Assembly: GCA_963828465.1 (NCBI GenBank)
Contig: CAWHEU010000022.1
Coordinates: 224,001 to 288,000 of the forward strand
DNA length: 64,000 bases
DNA from: an uncultured Acidobacteriota bacterium
GTDB taxonomy: Bacteria > Actinomycetota > Acidimicrobiia > Spongiisociales > ZC4RG35
Direction of reading: 5' to 3'
Part shown: in pieces, positions 1-9,759 of the stretch
Position numbering within the stretch: position 1 is the first letter of the stretch
How the letters are laid out: every line of letters starts with the position of its first letter
Translations under genes and position numbers: made by a program
Notes under the pieces: model-generated
What the model saw: only the letters and a program-made list of their open reading frames with translations
What the model was told of the DNA's origin: nothing
Databases searched by the model: none

Positions 1-614
1 GTCTTCTCGGCCAGGTCCCGTCTGCCGGCGTATTGCTCTGGCGTGCAGGCATAGATGTTGAACTCGTCGGCATACCGCCCGGCCAGGGTCGGCGTCATTT
101 TGCTCCCACCTCCTCCGACGAGAAGCCTCAGGTTTTGGGGACGAGGCTGCGGGTCGAACGGAGACAGCTGATAGTGCTCACCGTCGAAGCCTCCAGTGTC
201 CGGGAAGAGAGCGGCTGTGAGGTAGGCCAGGCACTCGTCGAGCAGCTCGAAGCGGGTGCCTCGGTCCGGGTAGGGGAGTCCGAACAGTGTGAACTCCTCG
301 TCGAGCCATCCTGTCCCGATACCCATGGTGAAACGGCCCGCCGAGACTTCATCGAGCGTCACGCCCATCTTGTAATAGACCGCAGGATGACGGAACGTGA
401 CGGGGGAGAGGAGTGAGACCAGTTCGATCTTGGTGGTCTCCCGGGCCAGAGCTGCCAGGTGGACCAGGTGGTCGTAGGCGGGCCGCTCGGTCTCGTCGCC
501 CCGCTCCAGGTAGTGATCGGGCAAAGCGATGGCGACGAGCCCACGATCCTCCGCCCAGCGCGCCGCATCCAGGATCAGCTCCCAGTCGCCACGGGTCTGA
601 ACGGCGAGGTCCAT
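1..614 (-). CDS. LLM-class (luciferase-like) flavin/F420-dependent oxidoreductase, runs off the window start
   Basis: Not in the ORF track because it has no stop in the window. Manual translation from ATG at 614 gives MDLAVQTRGDWELILDAARWAEDRGLVAIALPDHY...ALARETTKIELVSLLSPVTFRHPAVYYKMGVTLDEVSAGRFTMGIGTGW, which carries the LLM motifs DHY, FRHP and GRF.MGIG.GW. Confidence 0.85.
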   Translation of the reverse strand, partial: MDLAVQTRGDWELILDAARWAEDRGLVAIALPDHYLERGDETERPAYDHLVHLAALARETTKIELVSLLSPVTFRHPAVYYKMGVTLDEVSAGRFTMGIGTGWLDEEFTLFGLPYPDRGTRFELLDECLAYLTAALFPDTGGFDGEHYQLSPFDPQPRPQNLRLLVGGGGSKMTPTLAGRYADEFNIYACTPEQYAGRRDLAEK

Positions 615-643
615 CTTCTGAGCCTATCGACGCCGCCCGCAGG

Positions 644-1204
644 TCAGGAAACCGCTGCCGCGTCCTCGAGCAGCGCCCTCGCATGCCAGGCGACGTCGAA
701 GTCCGGGTCGATGATCCGATGGAGAGCGATGCCATTGAGGGCCAGGACCAGCGTCTCGGAGCGTCTTTCGGCCAAGGTCTCGGAGAGTTCGGGGCTCTGA
801 CGTTTCATGGCTGCGGCGAAGCGGGCGACTCGTGCCTCGTGGTGACGCACCATCCGGCCGCTCAACTCGGGGTTGGACCCGGCTCCGGAGACGCCGATTC
901 GGATGTAGACCCGGGAAAGGTCCGGCGATTCCTCGAGAAAGCGAACGTAGGCACCGACCAATTCGTCCAGTGTGTCGGTGCCCTGATGCGCGGGATCAGG
1001 GTCGACGGCGTCGATTGCCTCGCGGACGACTGTGACGATGGCCTGTTCCTTCGAGGCGAAGAGGTTGTAGAAAGAGCCGGGGAGGACTCCGGCCTGTTCA
1101 CAGATGGCCTTGATCGTGGTTCCGTCCAGTCCGTTCTCGGCAACCAGCGATCGGGTCGCGTCGAGGATCCTCTCCCGCGTCTCCAACCCTGCCTTGTATC
1201 GCAT
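644..1204 (-). CDS. TetR/AcrR family transcriptional regulator
   Basis: N-terminal HTH TRERILDATRSLVAENGLDGTTIKAICEQAGVLPGSFYNLFASKE. Start placed at ATG 1204 (MRYKAG). Confidence 0.9.
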   Translation of the reverse strand: MRYKAGLETRERILDATRSLVAENGLDGTTIKAICEQAGVLPGSFYNLFASKEQAIVTVVREAIDAVDPDPAHQGTDTLDELVGAYVRFLEESPDLSRVYIRIGVSGAGSNPELSGRMVRHHEARVARFAAAMKRQSPELSETLAERRSETLVLALNGIALHRIIDPDFDVAWHARALLEDAAAVS

Positions 1205-1277
1205 CCGGAAACGGTAGACCGCTGACCCAGCATGCGACCACCTTGTTCTTCGACCGTCGGGCAGGCATGCTCGGGAC

Positions 1278-1583
1278 ATGGCCGTCTCCGAGGCCCGTCG
1301 CCGCGATCTCTACAATGTGCTGGACGAACTGCTCGGCACCGAGCGGGCGGACACCCTCATGGCCTATCTACCGGCATACGAGACGATCGAGGCAGCTACC
1401 AAGGACGACATCCGGCGGCTCGAAGACCGTCTGGACCATCTCGAGCAGCGATTCGACCAGTTCGAAGGGCGCCTCGATGGAGGCCTGAATTCGGTGAATC
1501 AGAGACTCGACCGCTTCTTCATCACCCAATCGGCGGGGCTGATCGCCATGGTCGGGACCCTCGTCGCCGCTCTTCTCCTCTGA
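1278..1583 (+). CDS. Small coiled-coil protein with C-terminal TM helix (DUF1640-like architecture)
   Basis: ATKDD motif followed by heptads (IRRLEDRLDHLEQRFDQFEGRLD) and a hydrophobic tail (AGLIAMVGTLVAALLL). Confidence 0.6.
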   Translation: MAVSEARRRDLYNVLDELLGTERADTLMAYLPAYETIEAATKDDIRRLEDRLDHLEQRFDQFEGRLDGGLNSVNQRLDRFFITQSAGLIAMVGTLVAALLL

Positions 1584-1614
1584 CCGAGGCTGCCTGGGGG
1601 AACTTGCCCCTTTA

Positions 1615-1650
1615 TTTGAGCGTTGATTCAAATTAGAGTCATCACTCAAA
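1615..1650. promoter_or_regulatory. Two abutting 18-bp imperfect palindromes, probable repressor operator upstream of the acyl-CoA dehydrogenase
   Basis: TTTGAG-CGTTGA-TTCAAA (1615-1632) and TTAGAG-TCATCA-CTCAAA (1633-1650) lie in an AT-rich patch 15 bp before ATG 1666. Confidence 0.6.
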
Positions 1651-1665
1651 GATCAGGAAGGGGAA

Positions 1666-3462
1666 ATGGCGAGCCACTACAGGTCGAATCTCCGGGACCT
1701 CGAATTCAATCTCTTCGAGGTCAACCGGATACAGGACTATCTGGGCAGCGGGCCATGGCCCGACATCGACGAGGCGACGGCACGTGACATCCTTGTCGAG
1801 ATCGAACGACTCGCCCGGGAGGATTTCGCCGCCTCGTACGTAGACCAGGACCGTATCCCGCTCGTACTCGAGAACGGCGAGGTGCACCTGCCGGATTCGG
1901 TCAAGGCCGGAGTACGTGCCTACAAGGAGGGCGGCTGGGATCGTTTTGCCGTCCCCGCCGACATGGGCGGCATGCCCGTCCCACCAAGTCTCGCCTGGGC
2001 CACCCAAGAGATGCAGCTCGCCGCCAACACGACCGTGTCCTGGTACTCCGGTGGAGCCATATTCGCCACCGTTCTCTTCGAGGAGGGCAACGACGAGCAA
2101 AAGGATCTCGCGCGTCTCTGGCTCGACAAGCAGTGGTCCGGGTCGATGATCCTCACCGAGCCGGACGCCGGATCGGACGTGGGCTCGGCCTCCACCAAAG
2201 CCATCGAGATGGGCGATGGCACCTGGCACATCGAGGGTGTGAAGAGGTTCATCACCGGCGGGGAACACGATGCTTCCGAAAACATCATCCATCTCGTCCT
2301 CGCCCGCCCCGAGGGATCGCTGCCCGGGACGAAGGGCCTTTCTCTTTTCGTGGTGCCGAAGTTTCTGGTCAACGAGGACGGATCGCTCGGTCCCCGCAAT
2401 GGCGTCGTCGCCACCAACATCGAGAAGAAGATGGGTCTGAAGGGGTCGACCACATGCGAGATGACCTTCGGAGCCGACGAGCCGGCGATCGGATGGCTCG
2501 TCGGCGACAAGCACGATGGGATCAGGCAGATGTTCCGTGTTATCGAGGGTGCCCGGATGATGATTGGCGCCAAGTCGATGGGGACGCTGAGCACCGGCTA
2601 TCTCAATGCCCTGGAGTACGCCAAGGAGCGCCGCCAGGGCGCGGACCTGACCCTCGCTACCGACAAGACATCGCCACGGGTCCCGATCATCGATCATCCC
2701 GACGTGCGACGCATGCTGATGAACCTGAAGGCTTACTCCGAGGGCCTGCGCGCACTGGTCATGTACACGGCGTGGGTCCAGGATCAGGCTCGATTGCACC
2801 CCGACGACGACCACTGGGAGCGCCGGTCCGACTTGCTGCTTCCGCTGGTCAAGGGCTACTCATCGGAGAAGGCCTACGAGCAGCTCGCCGACGCCCTCCA
2901 GGTGTTCGGCGGCTCCGGGTTCACCCAGGACTACCCCTTGGAGCAATACATCCGGGACACCAAGATCGACACGATCTACGAGGGGACCACCGGAATCCAG
3001 TCACTCGATTTCTTCTTCCGCAAGATCGCCCGGGATCAAGGCTCCACGATTGCCGCCCTTGCCGCCGAGATCACCGAGTTCGTCAAGGGCGGGGCCGATG
3101 GCGATCCGTTCGCGGCCGAGCGGGAACGTCTCGGCACGATGCTCGACGACCTACAGGGTCATCTTGGGGCGATGGTCGAGCACCTGATGGCGTCGCTCGC
3201 CGGCAGGTCGGACGAGATCTACAAGGTGGGTCTGCACACCAATGCGCTGCTTGCCTCGACGGCCGAGCTGGTCATCGCCTGGCAATTGCTGCGCCATGCC
3301 GAGATCGCTTATCCCAAGGTCGAGGCCGATCCCTTCTACCGAGGCAAGGTCGCTTCGGCTCGATGGTTCCTCGATCTAGCGGCACCGGAGATCGCGGCAC
3401 GGCGCTCCGCTGCCGAGACCGAGGACGGGTCCGTGATGAGCCTTCCGGTGGAGGCCTTCTAA
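1666..3462 (+). CDS. Acyl-CoA dehydrogenase (long, FadE5-like form)
   Basis: Motifs MILTEPDAGSDVG, GVKRFIT, GTKGLSLFVVPK, IEKKMGLKGS, QVFGGSGF and IYEGTTGIQ. Confidence 0.95.
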   Translation: MASHYRSNLRDLEFNLFEVNRIQDYLGSGPWPDIDEATARDILVEIERLAREDFAASYVDQDRIPLVLENGEVHLPDSVKAGVRAYKEGGWDRFAVPADMGGMPVPPSLAWATQEMQLAANTTVSWYSGGAIFATVLFEEGNDEQKDLARLWLDKQWSGSMILTEPDAGSDVGSASTKAIEMGDGTWHIEGVKRFITGGEHDASENIIHLVLARPEGSLPGTKGLSLFVVPKFLVNEDGSLGPRNGVVATNIEKKMGLKGSTTCEMTFGADEPAIGWLVGDKHDGIRQMFRVIEGARMMIGAKSMGTLSTGYLNALEYAKERRQGADLTLATDKTSPRVPIIDHPDVRRMLMNLKAYSEGLRALVMYTAWVQDQARLHPDDDHWERRSDLLLPLVKGYSSEKAYEQLADALQVFGGSGFTQDYPLEQYIRDTKIDTIYEGTTGIQSLDFFFRKIARDQGSTIAALAAEITEFVKGGADGDPFAAERERLGTMLDDLQGHLGAMVEHLMASLAGRSDEIYKVGLHTNALLASTAELVIAWQLLRHAEIAYPKVEADPFYRGKVASARWFLDLAAPEIAARRSAAETEDGSVMSLPVEAF

Positions 3463-3487
3463 CCCGACCCGGGGTACCTTCCTCACC

Positions 3488-3934
3488 GTGTCAGCATCGG
3501 TGTTGGCCCTCGTGGCCCTTCTCGCAGGTGTATTTCTCGTGATCTTGGCACTCGTCGTCTGGCAGGAGGCGCGCCGACGACCCAGTTACGAGCCGCTGGA
3601 GTACGTCGTCGAGGATGCCGTGAAGCATGTCGAGGCCGGCCTCCAGTCAGAAGGCAACGACCGGCTGAGCCGGGCTGATGTTCGGAGGATCCTGGAATGG
3701 GAGGTGTTCTACCTCCAGGGCCTGGCTCAGGATGATCGGAAGAACCCGGTGGAGACGATCGCGGGCGGCCACGAGGCGTCGATCGAGTACATATCCGAGC
3801 AGATCGCCACCAAGCACGGTGTGTCCTACGCTCACGACGACGTTGAAGATGTCCTCCGTCTCGAAGCCGATTACCTGTATCACATTGGCGCCGTAGGCGA
3901 GATGGTCGACCCCGATGGAGGTGAGGACGAATGA
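3488..3934 (+). CDS. Hypothetical protein with N-terminal TM helix
   Basis: Hydrophobic N-terminus and acidic helical remainder; ATGA overlap with the next gene. Confidence 0.7.
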   Translation: MSASVLALVALLAGVFLVILALVVWQEARRRPSYEPLEYVVEDAVKHVEAGLQSEGNDRLSRADVRRILEWEVFYLQGLAQDDRKNPVETIAGGHEASIEYISEQIATKHGVSYAHDDVEDVLRLEADYLYHIGAVGEMVDPDGGEDE

Positions 3935-4260
3935 TGGTGCGTTGCGGTGCCTGCCGGACTCAGTTCGAGGTCCCGGGACCAGGGCGTTTTGCCTGCCCAA
4001 ATTGCGGGTCCGTGAATGTGGTGCGCGACGCGGCGGGCGGCGCGCCGTCGGAGATGGGCGGGTATCCCACCGCCCCCGGTGCTGCCCCCGGTGCCGGCCC
4101 CGGCCAGCCGCCGCCACCTCCACCGCCCCCGGCGCCCCTTCCCCGCATCCAGTGCCCCGAATGCGACTTCACTTTCATCGTCGGTGACATCGTCGTCGCC
4201 ACCTGCCCCAATTGTGGGGCCGAGGTGAGGACCGGCGAAGGATCCTCGGAGGAGGAATGA
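3931..4260 (+). CDS. Double zinc-ribbon protein with Pro/Gly-rich linker
   Basis: Four CxxC motifs (CGAC, CPNC, CPEC, CPNC) in two pairs separated by a poly-Pro linker. Confidence 0.75.
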   Translation: MMVRCGACRTQFEVPGPGRFACPNCGSVNVVRDAAGGAPSEMGGYPTAPGAAPGAGPGQPPPPPPPPAPLPRIQCPECDFTFIVGDIVVATCPNCGAEVRTGEGSSEEE

Positions 4261-4261
4261 T

Positions 4262-4306
4262 CCCCCCTCCCTGCCTGCGGCAGTACTCCCCCCTGCGGGG
4301 GGAGAG
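4262..4306. repeat. REP-like double-hairpin intergenic element
   Basis: CTGCC-TGC-GGCAG (4271-4283) and CTCCCCCC-TGC-GGGGGGAG (4286-4304), both with TGC loops. Confidence 0.55.
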
Positions 4307-4528
4307 ATGAGCCGTCTCTCCCGTTTCGACTCCTACCGATTTGTCGGAGTCAGAGACACGATGCGGTTCTACGACTGCGACGACGAGGACCAGTTCGCCG
4401 AGCTCTCCCGTCGCGTCGACGAGGAGGGCCTGGTCGGGAGGGACATGGTTCAGGTTTTCGCTCCGGACACACCGGTGGAGGCAATGAACCGGGGATACCG
4501 GCCGTTCGCAGTCTCAGACCGGGTTTGA
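4307..4528 (+). CDS. Small hypothetical protein
   Basis: 73 aa with plausible codon usage and a GGAG-type RBS upstream. Confidence 0.6.
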   Translation: MSRLSRFDSYRFVGVRDTMRFYDCDDEDQFAELSRRVDEEGLVGRDMVQVFAPDTPVEAMNRGYRPFAVSDRV

Positions 4529-5122
4529 AGGAAGCTCGAAACCCTGCGCCACCAGTTCTCCGATCTTCTTCCCCCGACCGTGGAAGAAGTGGTCGCCGGG
4601 GGTGAGGAGCAGATCGATGGAAAGTCGTTCGGCGTAGGCCCGGATCCCCTCGACGTCCACCACCTGATCGCGTGTCCCCAACACGATCCGCTTTGGCCCT
4701 GGGGGCAGGTCATCGGGAAGACCCTCCGGCGATGGGGCGATCCCGGCATACGGGATCGGGTCTTGCTGACCTCCGAGCCAGCGCAGCGCAGTGCCCGCCC
4801 CGAAGGACCACCCGGAGAGATGGATGGCCAGCCCGGTCTCGTTGGCTGCTCTTACCGCCGAAGCGACATCGAGCACTTCGGCCTTACCGTGGTCATGTGT
4901 CCCGGTCGATGCACCGATCCCACGGAAGTTGAAACGCAACACCGAGAAGCCCCGTTCCATGAGTCTCGTGGTCACGGCGACCATCAACGGCGCCATCATC
5001 GTCCCGCCCTGTTGAGGATGGGGATGGCAGAACACCACCGCTCCAACCGGGCGCTCGGAGCGGTCCCAACGTGCTTCGAGCGTCTCTCCGTCCGTCGTGC
5101 TCAGCTGGATGCGATCGATCAT
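4514..5122 (-). CDS. Alpha/beta hydrolase
   Basis: Motifs CHPHPQQGGTM, LRFNFRGIG, nucleophile elbow GWSFG and DHFF. Start at ATG 5122 (MIDRIQL). Confidence 0.9.
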   Translation of the reverse strand: MIDRIQLSTTDGETLEARWDRSERPVGAVVFCHPHPQQGGTMMAPLMVAVTTRLMERGFSVLRFNFRGIGASTGTHDHGKAEVLDVASAVRAANETGLAIHLSGWSFGAGTALRWLGGQQDPIPYAGIAPSPEGLPDDLPPGPKRIVLGTRDQVVDVEGIRAYAERLSIDLLLTPGDHFFHGRGKKIGELVAQGFELPSNPV

Positions 5123-5211
5123 GTGAAGGCCACCAGCAGCCAGATCGCGGCAGCCCCAACGATCACGAAGCCGAGAACAGCCGTCGCGATGAGGAGCCAA
5201 CGGGTCTGCAT
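5119..5211 (-). CDS. 30-aa single-TM membrane peptide
   Basis: MQTRWLLIATAVLGFVIVGAAAIWLLVAFT; its stop overlaps the hydrolase ATG (ATGA). Confidence 0.55.
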   Translation of the reverse strand: MQTRWLLIATAVLGFVIVGAAAIWLLVAFT

Positions 5212-5277
5212 GGGTTCAGGGAGGGTAACCACGGGTACAACTAGTCTCGGATCAGCAGTTCCACCGAAAGGCACAGG

Positions 5278-6645
5278 TTGCACGACATCGTCATAGTCGG
5301 CGGCGGGCCGGGCGGCTACGCCGCCGCCCTGTATGCAGAGAACTTCGGACTGTCGGTAGCACTCATCGACGAAGAGCGTCCGGGGGGCACCTGTCTCATC
5401 CGTGGCTGCATCCCCGCGAAGCAGTGGCTCTACATCGCCGAGGTGTTCTCCACCGTGTCCCACGCCGCCGAGTTCGGGGTCGTGACCGAGCAGCCCACGC
5501 TGGACTGGGAGGCGGCCCTTGCCCGCAAGACCCAGACCGTCGAAGGCCTTGTGCGCGGGCTGGGTGGGCTCTTGAAGAAAAAGGGGGTCGAAGTCATCAC
5601 CGGCTACGGACGTCTCGCCGGGCCGGGCAAGGTCGAGGTCGAAACTGAAGAAGGAAAGAACACGATCGAAGGCCGGGCAGTCATCCTCGCCAGCGGCTCT
5701 TACTCACGCACGATCCCCGGCTATGACTTCGATGGCGAAAAGATCGTCAGCTCCGACCATGCCCTCGATTGGCCACAGCGCCCGAATCGTGTCGCCATCG
5801 TCGGTGGGGGAGTGATCGGGTGCGAGTTCGCCTCGTTCCTCGTCGACGTTGGGACCGAGGTCCATGTCTTCGAGGTCATGGATCAGATCATCCCGGGCTC
5901 TGACGCCGAGGCGTCCAAGCAGCTCCAGCGCCAGTTGCAGAAGCGAGGCGTGAAGTTCCACATTGGTGTGGGTGTCGATGCCCCGAAGGTCGCCGAGACC
6001 GTCGTTGTGCCGTTCGGCGATGACAGCGTCGAGGTGGATGTCGTTCTGGTGTCGGTGGGTCGGGGGCCAAGGACCGACGACGTCGGTCTCGACACCGTGT
6101 CCGCAAAGCTGGATCGGGGCTTCGTCGAAGTGGACCTCAACACGATGCAGACGGCGCAGCCTGGGCTGTATGCGGTGGGTGACATCGTGGCGGGTACCCC
6201 ACAGCTGGCCCATGTGGGGTTCGCCGAGGGAATCGCCGCCGTCACCCATATCGGCACCGGTAAGGCCCGAGCGGTCAACTATCAGGCCATCCCCAGAGTC
6301 ACCTACACCCATCCTGAAGTGGCCGAAGTCGGTCTGACCGAGGCCCAAGCCGCCGAGCGAGGGTTGGAGGTGGTGTCGGCGAAGCACGCATTCAACGGCG
6401 TAGGCCGGGCGATCATCATCGGCGACAACCAGGGTTTCGCCAAGGTGATCTCGGAGAAGGACGGCCCCATCGTGGGGGCTGCCGTCGTCGGCCCGCAGGC
6501 AGGCGAGTTGATTCACGAACTCATGTATTCAGTGGGTTGGGAGGCGCTGCCTGATGAGGCGGCTGCCTTCATCCATGCCCACCCGAGCTTGTCAGAAGTG
6601 GTCGGCGAGACACTCATGTCCGCCGCCGGCCGAAGTCTTCACTGA
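5278..6645 (+). CDS. lpdA: Dihydrolipoyl dehydrogenase (E3)
   Basis: Motifs [18 protein letters not shown] (redox disulfide), GGGVIGCE and HAHPSLSE. Confidence 0.95.
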   Translation: MHDIVIVGGGPGGYAAALYAENFGLSVALIDEERPGGTCLIRGCIPAKQWLYIAEVFSTVSHAAEFGVVTEQPTLDWEAALARKTQTVEGLVRGLGGLLKKKGVEVITGYGRLAGPGKVEVETEEGKNTIEGRAVILASGSYSRTIPGYDFDGEKIVSSDHALDWPQRPNRVAIVGGGVIGCEFASFLVDVGTEVHVFEVMDQIIPGSDAEASKQLQRQLQKRGVKFHIGVGVDAPKVAETVVVPFGDDSVEVDVVLVSVGRGPRTDDVGLDTVSAKLDRGFVEVDLNTMQTAQPGLYAVGDIVAGTPQLAHVGFAEGIAAVTHIGTGKARAVNYQAIPRVTYTHPEVAEVGLTEAQAAERGLEVVSAKHAFNGVGRAIIIGDNQGFAKVISEKDGPIVGAAVVGPQAGELIHELMYSVGWEALPDEAAAFIHAHPSLSEVVGETLMSAAGRSLH

Positions 6646-6656
6646 GAGGAGCGACC

Positions 6657-8111
6657 TTGGCTACGACGGTATCGATGCCGCAACTGGGTGAGACGGTCAC
6701 CGAGGGAACCATCCTGCGCTGGGCCAAGCAGGTCGGCGACACGATCGCCGAGGACGAGGTTCTCGTCGAGATATCCACCGACAAGGTCGACACCGAAGTC
6801 CCGTCGCCCGCAGCGGGCACCATCCTCGAGATCCTCGTGAACGAAGGTGACACGGTCTCGGTGGGCACCCCGATGGTCGTGATCGGAGCCGAAGGCGAGG
6901 CGGCGCCGTCTGCGGAGGAGAAGCCGGCCGAGCCTGAAACACCCGAAGAGACACCGGCAGCGGAGGAGAAGCCCGCCGAGCCGGAACCTCCCGCCGAGGA
7001 GCAGAAGCCCCCCGAGCCTGCCCCGGCGGAGAACGCTCCCGAGCAAGAGAGAGGCCGCCGAGCCGGCCCCAGCCGAGGCGGAGAAGGAGTCAGAGCCTTC
7101 TGAGCCCGACGTCGATGCTTTCTTCGCCAAGCCAGACGAGACTGAGGCGAAGCCCAATCTTCTGTCGCCGGTCGTGCGCAAGCTCATCAGGGAGAACGAA
7201 GTCGACGTCTCCCGATTGACCGGCACCGGCGATGGGGGAAGGATCACGCGGAAGGACGTCGAGGCGTTTCTGGCCTCCGGGCCGCCTGCCGCTGAAGAGG
7301 CACCAGCCGAGCGGCCCCGGCCCCGGAACCGGCTCCCACCCCGGCGGCTCCAGCCGTCCCCCAGCCGGCGGCCGCATCGCCGGGCGACCAGGGAGGGGAG
7401 GAGGTCGAGCTCGACCGGATAAGGGTGCGCACCGCCGAGAACATGATCAAAGCCCGACAGACCGCTGCCCACGTGTGGACCTCGGTGGAGGTCGATTTCG
7501 AGCGGGTAGAACGGGTTCGTCAGGCTCACAAAGAGCAGTTCAAGGCGGCGGAGGGCTTCTCTCTCACGTATCTGCCCTTCATCGCCCGTTCCACGATCGA
7601 TGCACTCAGGGCGTTCCCGGTCGTGAACAGCTCGTTCCACCTCGAGGAGAAGAAATCGGTCTTCCATCGGAATGTCGACCTCGGCATCGCCGTCGACCTC
7701 GATCAGTCGGGTCTCGTCGTGGCCCGAGTCCGAAACGCGGATGGCTTGCGTCTGGTCGGGATCGCGCGGTCGATCAGGGAGCTGGCGGATCGAGCGCGGG
7801 CCGGGAAGCTCGGTGTCGATGACCTGACCGGCTCGACCTTCACCATCACCAACCCCGGCCCATTTGGGTCCTTCATGTCGGCGCCCATCATCAACGTTCC
7901 GAACGTCGCCATCCTCTCCACCGACACGGTCGCCAAGCGTCCCACGGTGGTGACCGACGCAGAGGGCCAGGACATGATCGCCATCCGGCACATCGGCTAT
8001 CTCGGGCTCAGCTGGGATCATCGTGCCTTCGACGGCTCGACGGCCGTGCTCTTCCTCCAAAGGATCAAGCAGAACCTCGAGACCTGGGACTGGGAGCAGG
8101 AGCTGGCTTGA
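6657..8111 (+). CDS. 2-oxoacid dehydrogenase E2 (dihydrolipoamide acyltransferase, DlaT/SucB type), split by two frameshifts (~7050, ~7320)
   Basis: Lipoyl domain ([14 protein letters not shown]), E3-binding domain ([10 protein letters not shown]...[13 protein letters not shown]) and catalytic domain ([16 protein letters not shown]) lie in three successive frames. Confidence 0.9.
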
Positions 8112-9745
8112 CCCTCCGAACGCGCTGGCTGGGTCGGCTGCCCTACACGGAAGCGTGGGACCTGCAGCGCGCCATACACGAGGGCAAGGTCGTCGGCCGG
8201 ACCAAAGACGACTATCTGCTCCTCATGGAGCACCCGCCGGTGTTCACGATCGGGCGCAACGGCGACGGCTCGAACCTCCTCGTCGACCGGGTTGGCCTCG
8301 GGGTCGAGGTGCATCACGTGGATCGCGGTGGTGACATCACCTTCCACGGTCCCGGTCAGCTCGTGGGCTACCCGATCCTGACTCTCGATGACCCCAAGCA
8401 GATCGTCCCTTACGTCCGCCGGCTGGAACAGACCTTGATCGAGACCCTGGCCGAGTTCGGCGTGGAGGCCTGGGCCGAGCCGGGATACACGGGCGTGTGG
8501 ACGGGGAAGGGGAAGGTTGCCGCCATCGGCGTCAGGGTGGCTCGCCGGGTGACGATGCATGGGTTCGCCCTCAACCTCCACCCCGACCTCGCCTATTTCG
8601 GGATGATGAACCCGTGTGGCATATCGGATCGTCCGGTCACGACGCTGTCGGAGTTGGTGGGGCGAAAGGTGACGCTCGAGGAGGCCACCGAGGTTCTGAT
8701 TCCTCGCTTCGAGCGGGTGTTCGGTCATGAGGAATCGGAGACCCAACTGGGTGCCTTCGCCCGCGGACAGGGCCGGCGCTCTGAGTTTGAGGTCGATCGG
8801 CTGGTCGAGGCGGGCACTTTTAGTCAGGAGAAGCGGACAGCCGAGCCGATCCTCATCAACGGGCGGCTACCCGGGGAGCCGCCCAGGCCGGATTGGATGA
8901 AGGTGACGGCGCGACTCGACGGCGACTACCTGGAGCTGAAGAAGATGATGCGCGGGCTCCAGCTCAACACGGTTTGTGAGGAGGCCAACTGCCCCAACAT
9001 CTACGAGTGCTGGGGGATGGGCACAGCGACCCTGATGATTCTCGGGGACAAGTGCACCCGTGCCTGTGGGTTCTGCAACGTGACCACCGGCAAACCGACC
9101 GAGTTCGACATCTTCGAGCCGTTTCGAGCAGCGGAGGCGATCCACCAGATGAATCTCAAGCACGCCGTCATCACATCGGTCAATCGTGATGACCTCGACG
9201 ACGGCGGGGCCGGGATATTTGCCCAAACCATCATCGAGAGCCGGCGGCGATCGCCCGGAACAGAGATCGAGGTTTTGATCCCCGACTTCAAGGGCGACCG
9301 TGAGGCGTTGCAGACGGTGATGGATGCCGTGCCCGAGGTGCTGAACCACAACACCGAGACGGTGCTCCGGCTGCAGCGCGACATCCGGACATCGGCCAGC
9401 TACGGGCGGTCGCTGTCTCTCCTCTGGAGGGCTAAGCAAATGAACCCCGACGGGCTCACCAAGTCAGGGCTGATCGTGGGGATGGGGGAGACACGTGAGG
9501 AGGTCTTGGGTGCCTTGGCCGACATGCGTGCGGTGGGCATCGACATCATCACCATCGGCCAATACCTCCGGCCCACCTCCCGGCATCGCCCGATCCACCG
9601 CTACGTCCACCCCGACGAGTTCACCGAATACAAGGCTCATGGCGAGGGTCTGGGCATCCCCCATATCGAATCCGGGCCCCTTGTTCGCTCCAGCTATCAC
9701 GCCAAGGAGAGCCGGGAGGCGGTCCCGGTGAGCATCGGTTGCTGA
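8108..9745 (+). CDS. lipA: Fused octanoyltransferase LipB and lipoyl synthase LipA
   Basis: N-terminal LipB motifs ([41 protein letters not shown]) and C-terminal LipA motifs ([24 protein letters not shown]) are in one uninterrupted ORF. Confidence 0.9.
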   Translation: MTLRTRWLGRLPYTEAWDLQRAIHEGKVVGRTKDDYLLLMEHPPVFTIGRNGDGSNLLVDRVGLGVEVHHVDRGGDITFHGPGQLVGYPILTLDDPKQIVPYVRRLEQTLIETLAEFGVEAWAEPGYTGVWTGKGKVAAIGVRVARRVTMHGFALNLHPDLAYFGMMNPCGISDRPVTTLSELVGRKVTLEEATEVLIPRFERVFGHEESETQLGAFARGQGRRSEFEVDRLVEAGTFSQEKRTAEPILINGRLPGEPPRPDWMKVTARLDGDYLELKKMMRGLQLNTVCEEANCPNIYECWGMGTATLMILGDKCTRACGFCNVTTGKPTEFDIFEPFRAAEAIHQMNLKHAVITSVNRDDLDDGGAGIFAQTIIESRRRSPGTEIEVLIPDFKGDREALQTVMDAVPEVLNHNTETVLRLQRDIRTSASYGRSLSLLWRAKQMNPDGLTKSGLIVGMGETREEVLGALADMRAVGIDIITIGQYLRPTSRHRPIHRYVHPDEFTEYKAHGEGLGIPHIESGPLVRSSYHAKESREAVPVSIGC

Positions 9746-9759
9746 AGGCGGTCGGCATC

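Noticed and set aside
1615-1650. HspR HAIR operator (CTTGAGT-N7-ACTCAAG)
   Set aside because: The half-sites are similar but the spacing is shorter, and the downstream gene is not a chaperone.
6900-7100. Short direct repeats GCGGAGGAGAAGCC in the E2 gene
   Set aside because: They encode the ordinary Ala/Glu/Pro-rich flexible linker of E2.
1642-8060. Long antisense or alternative-frame ORFs (e.g. 1642..2814, 2133..3542, 6639..8060)
   Set aside because: These are shadow ORFs typical of high-GC DNA. They overlap well-supported genes and carry no recognisable motifs.
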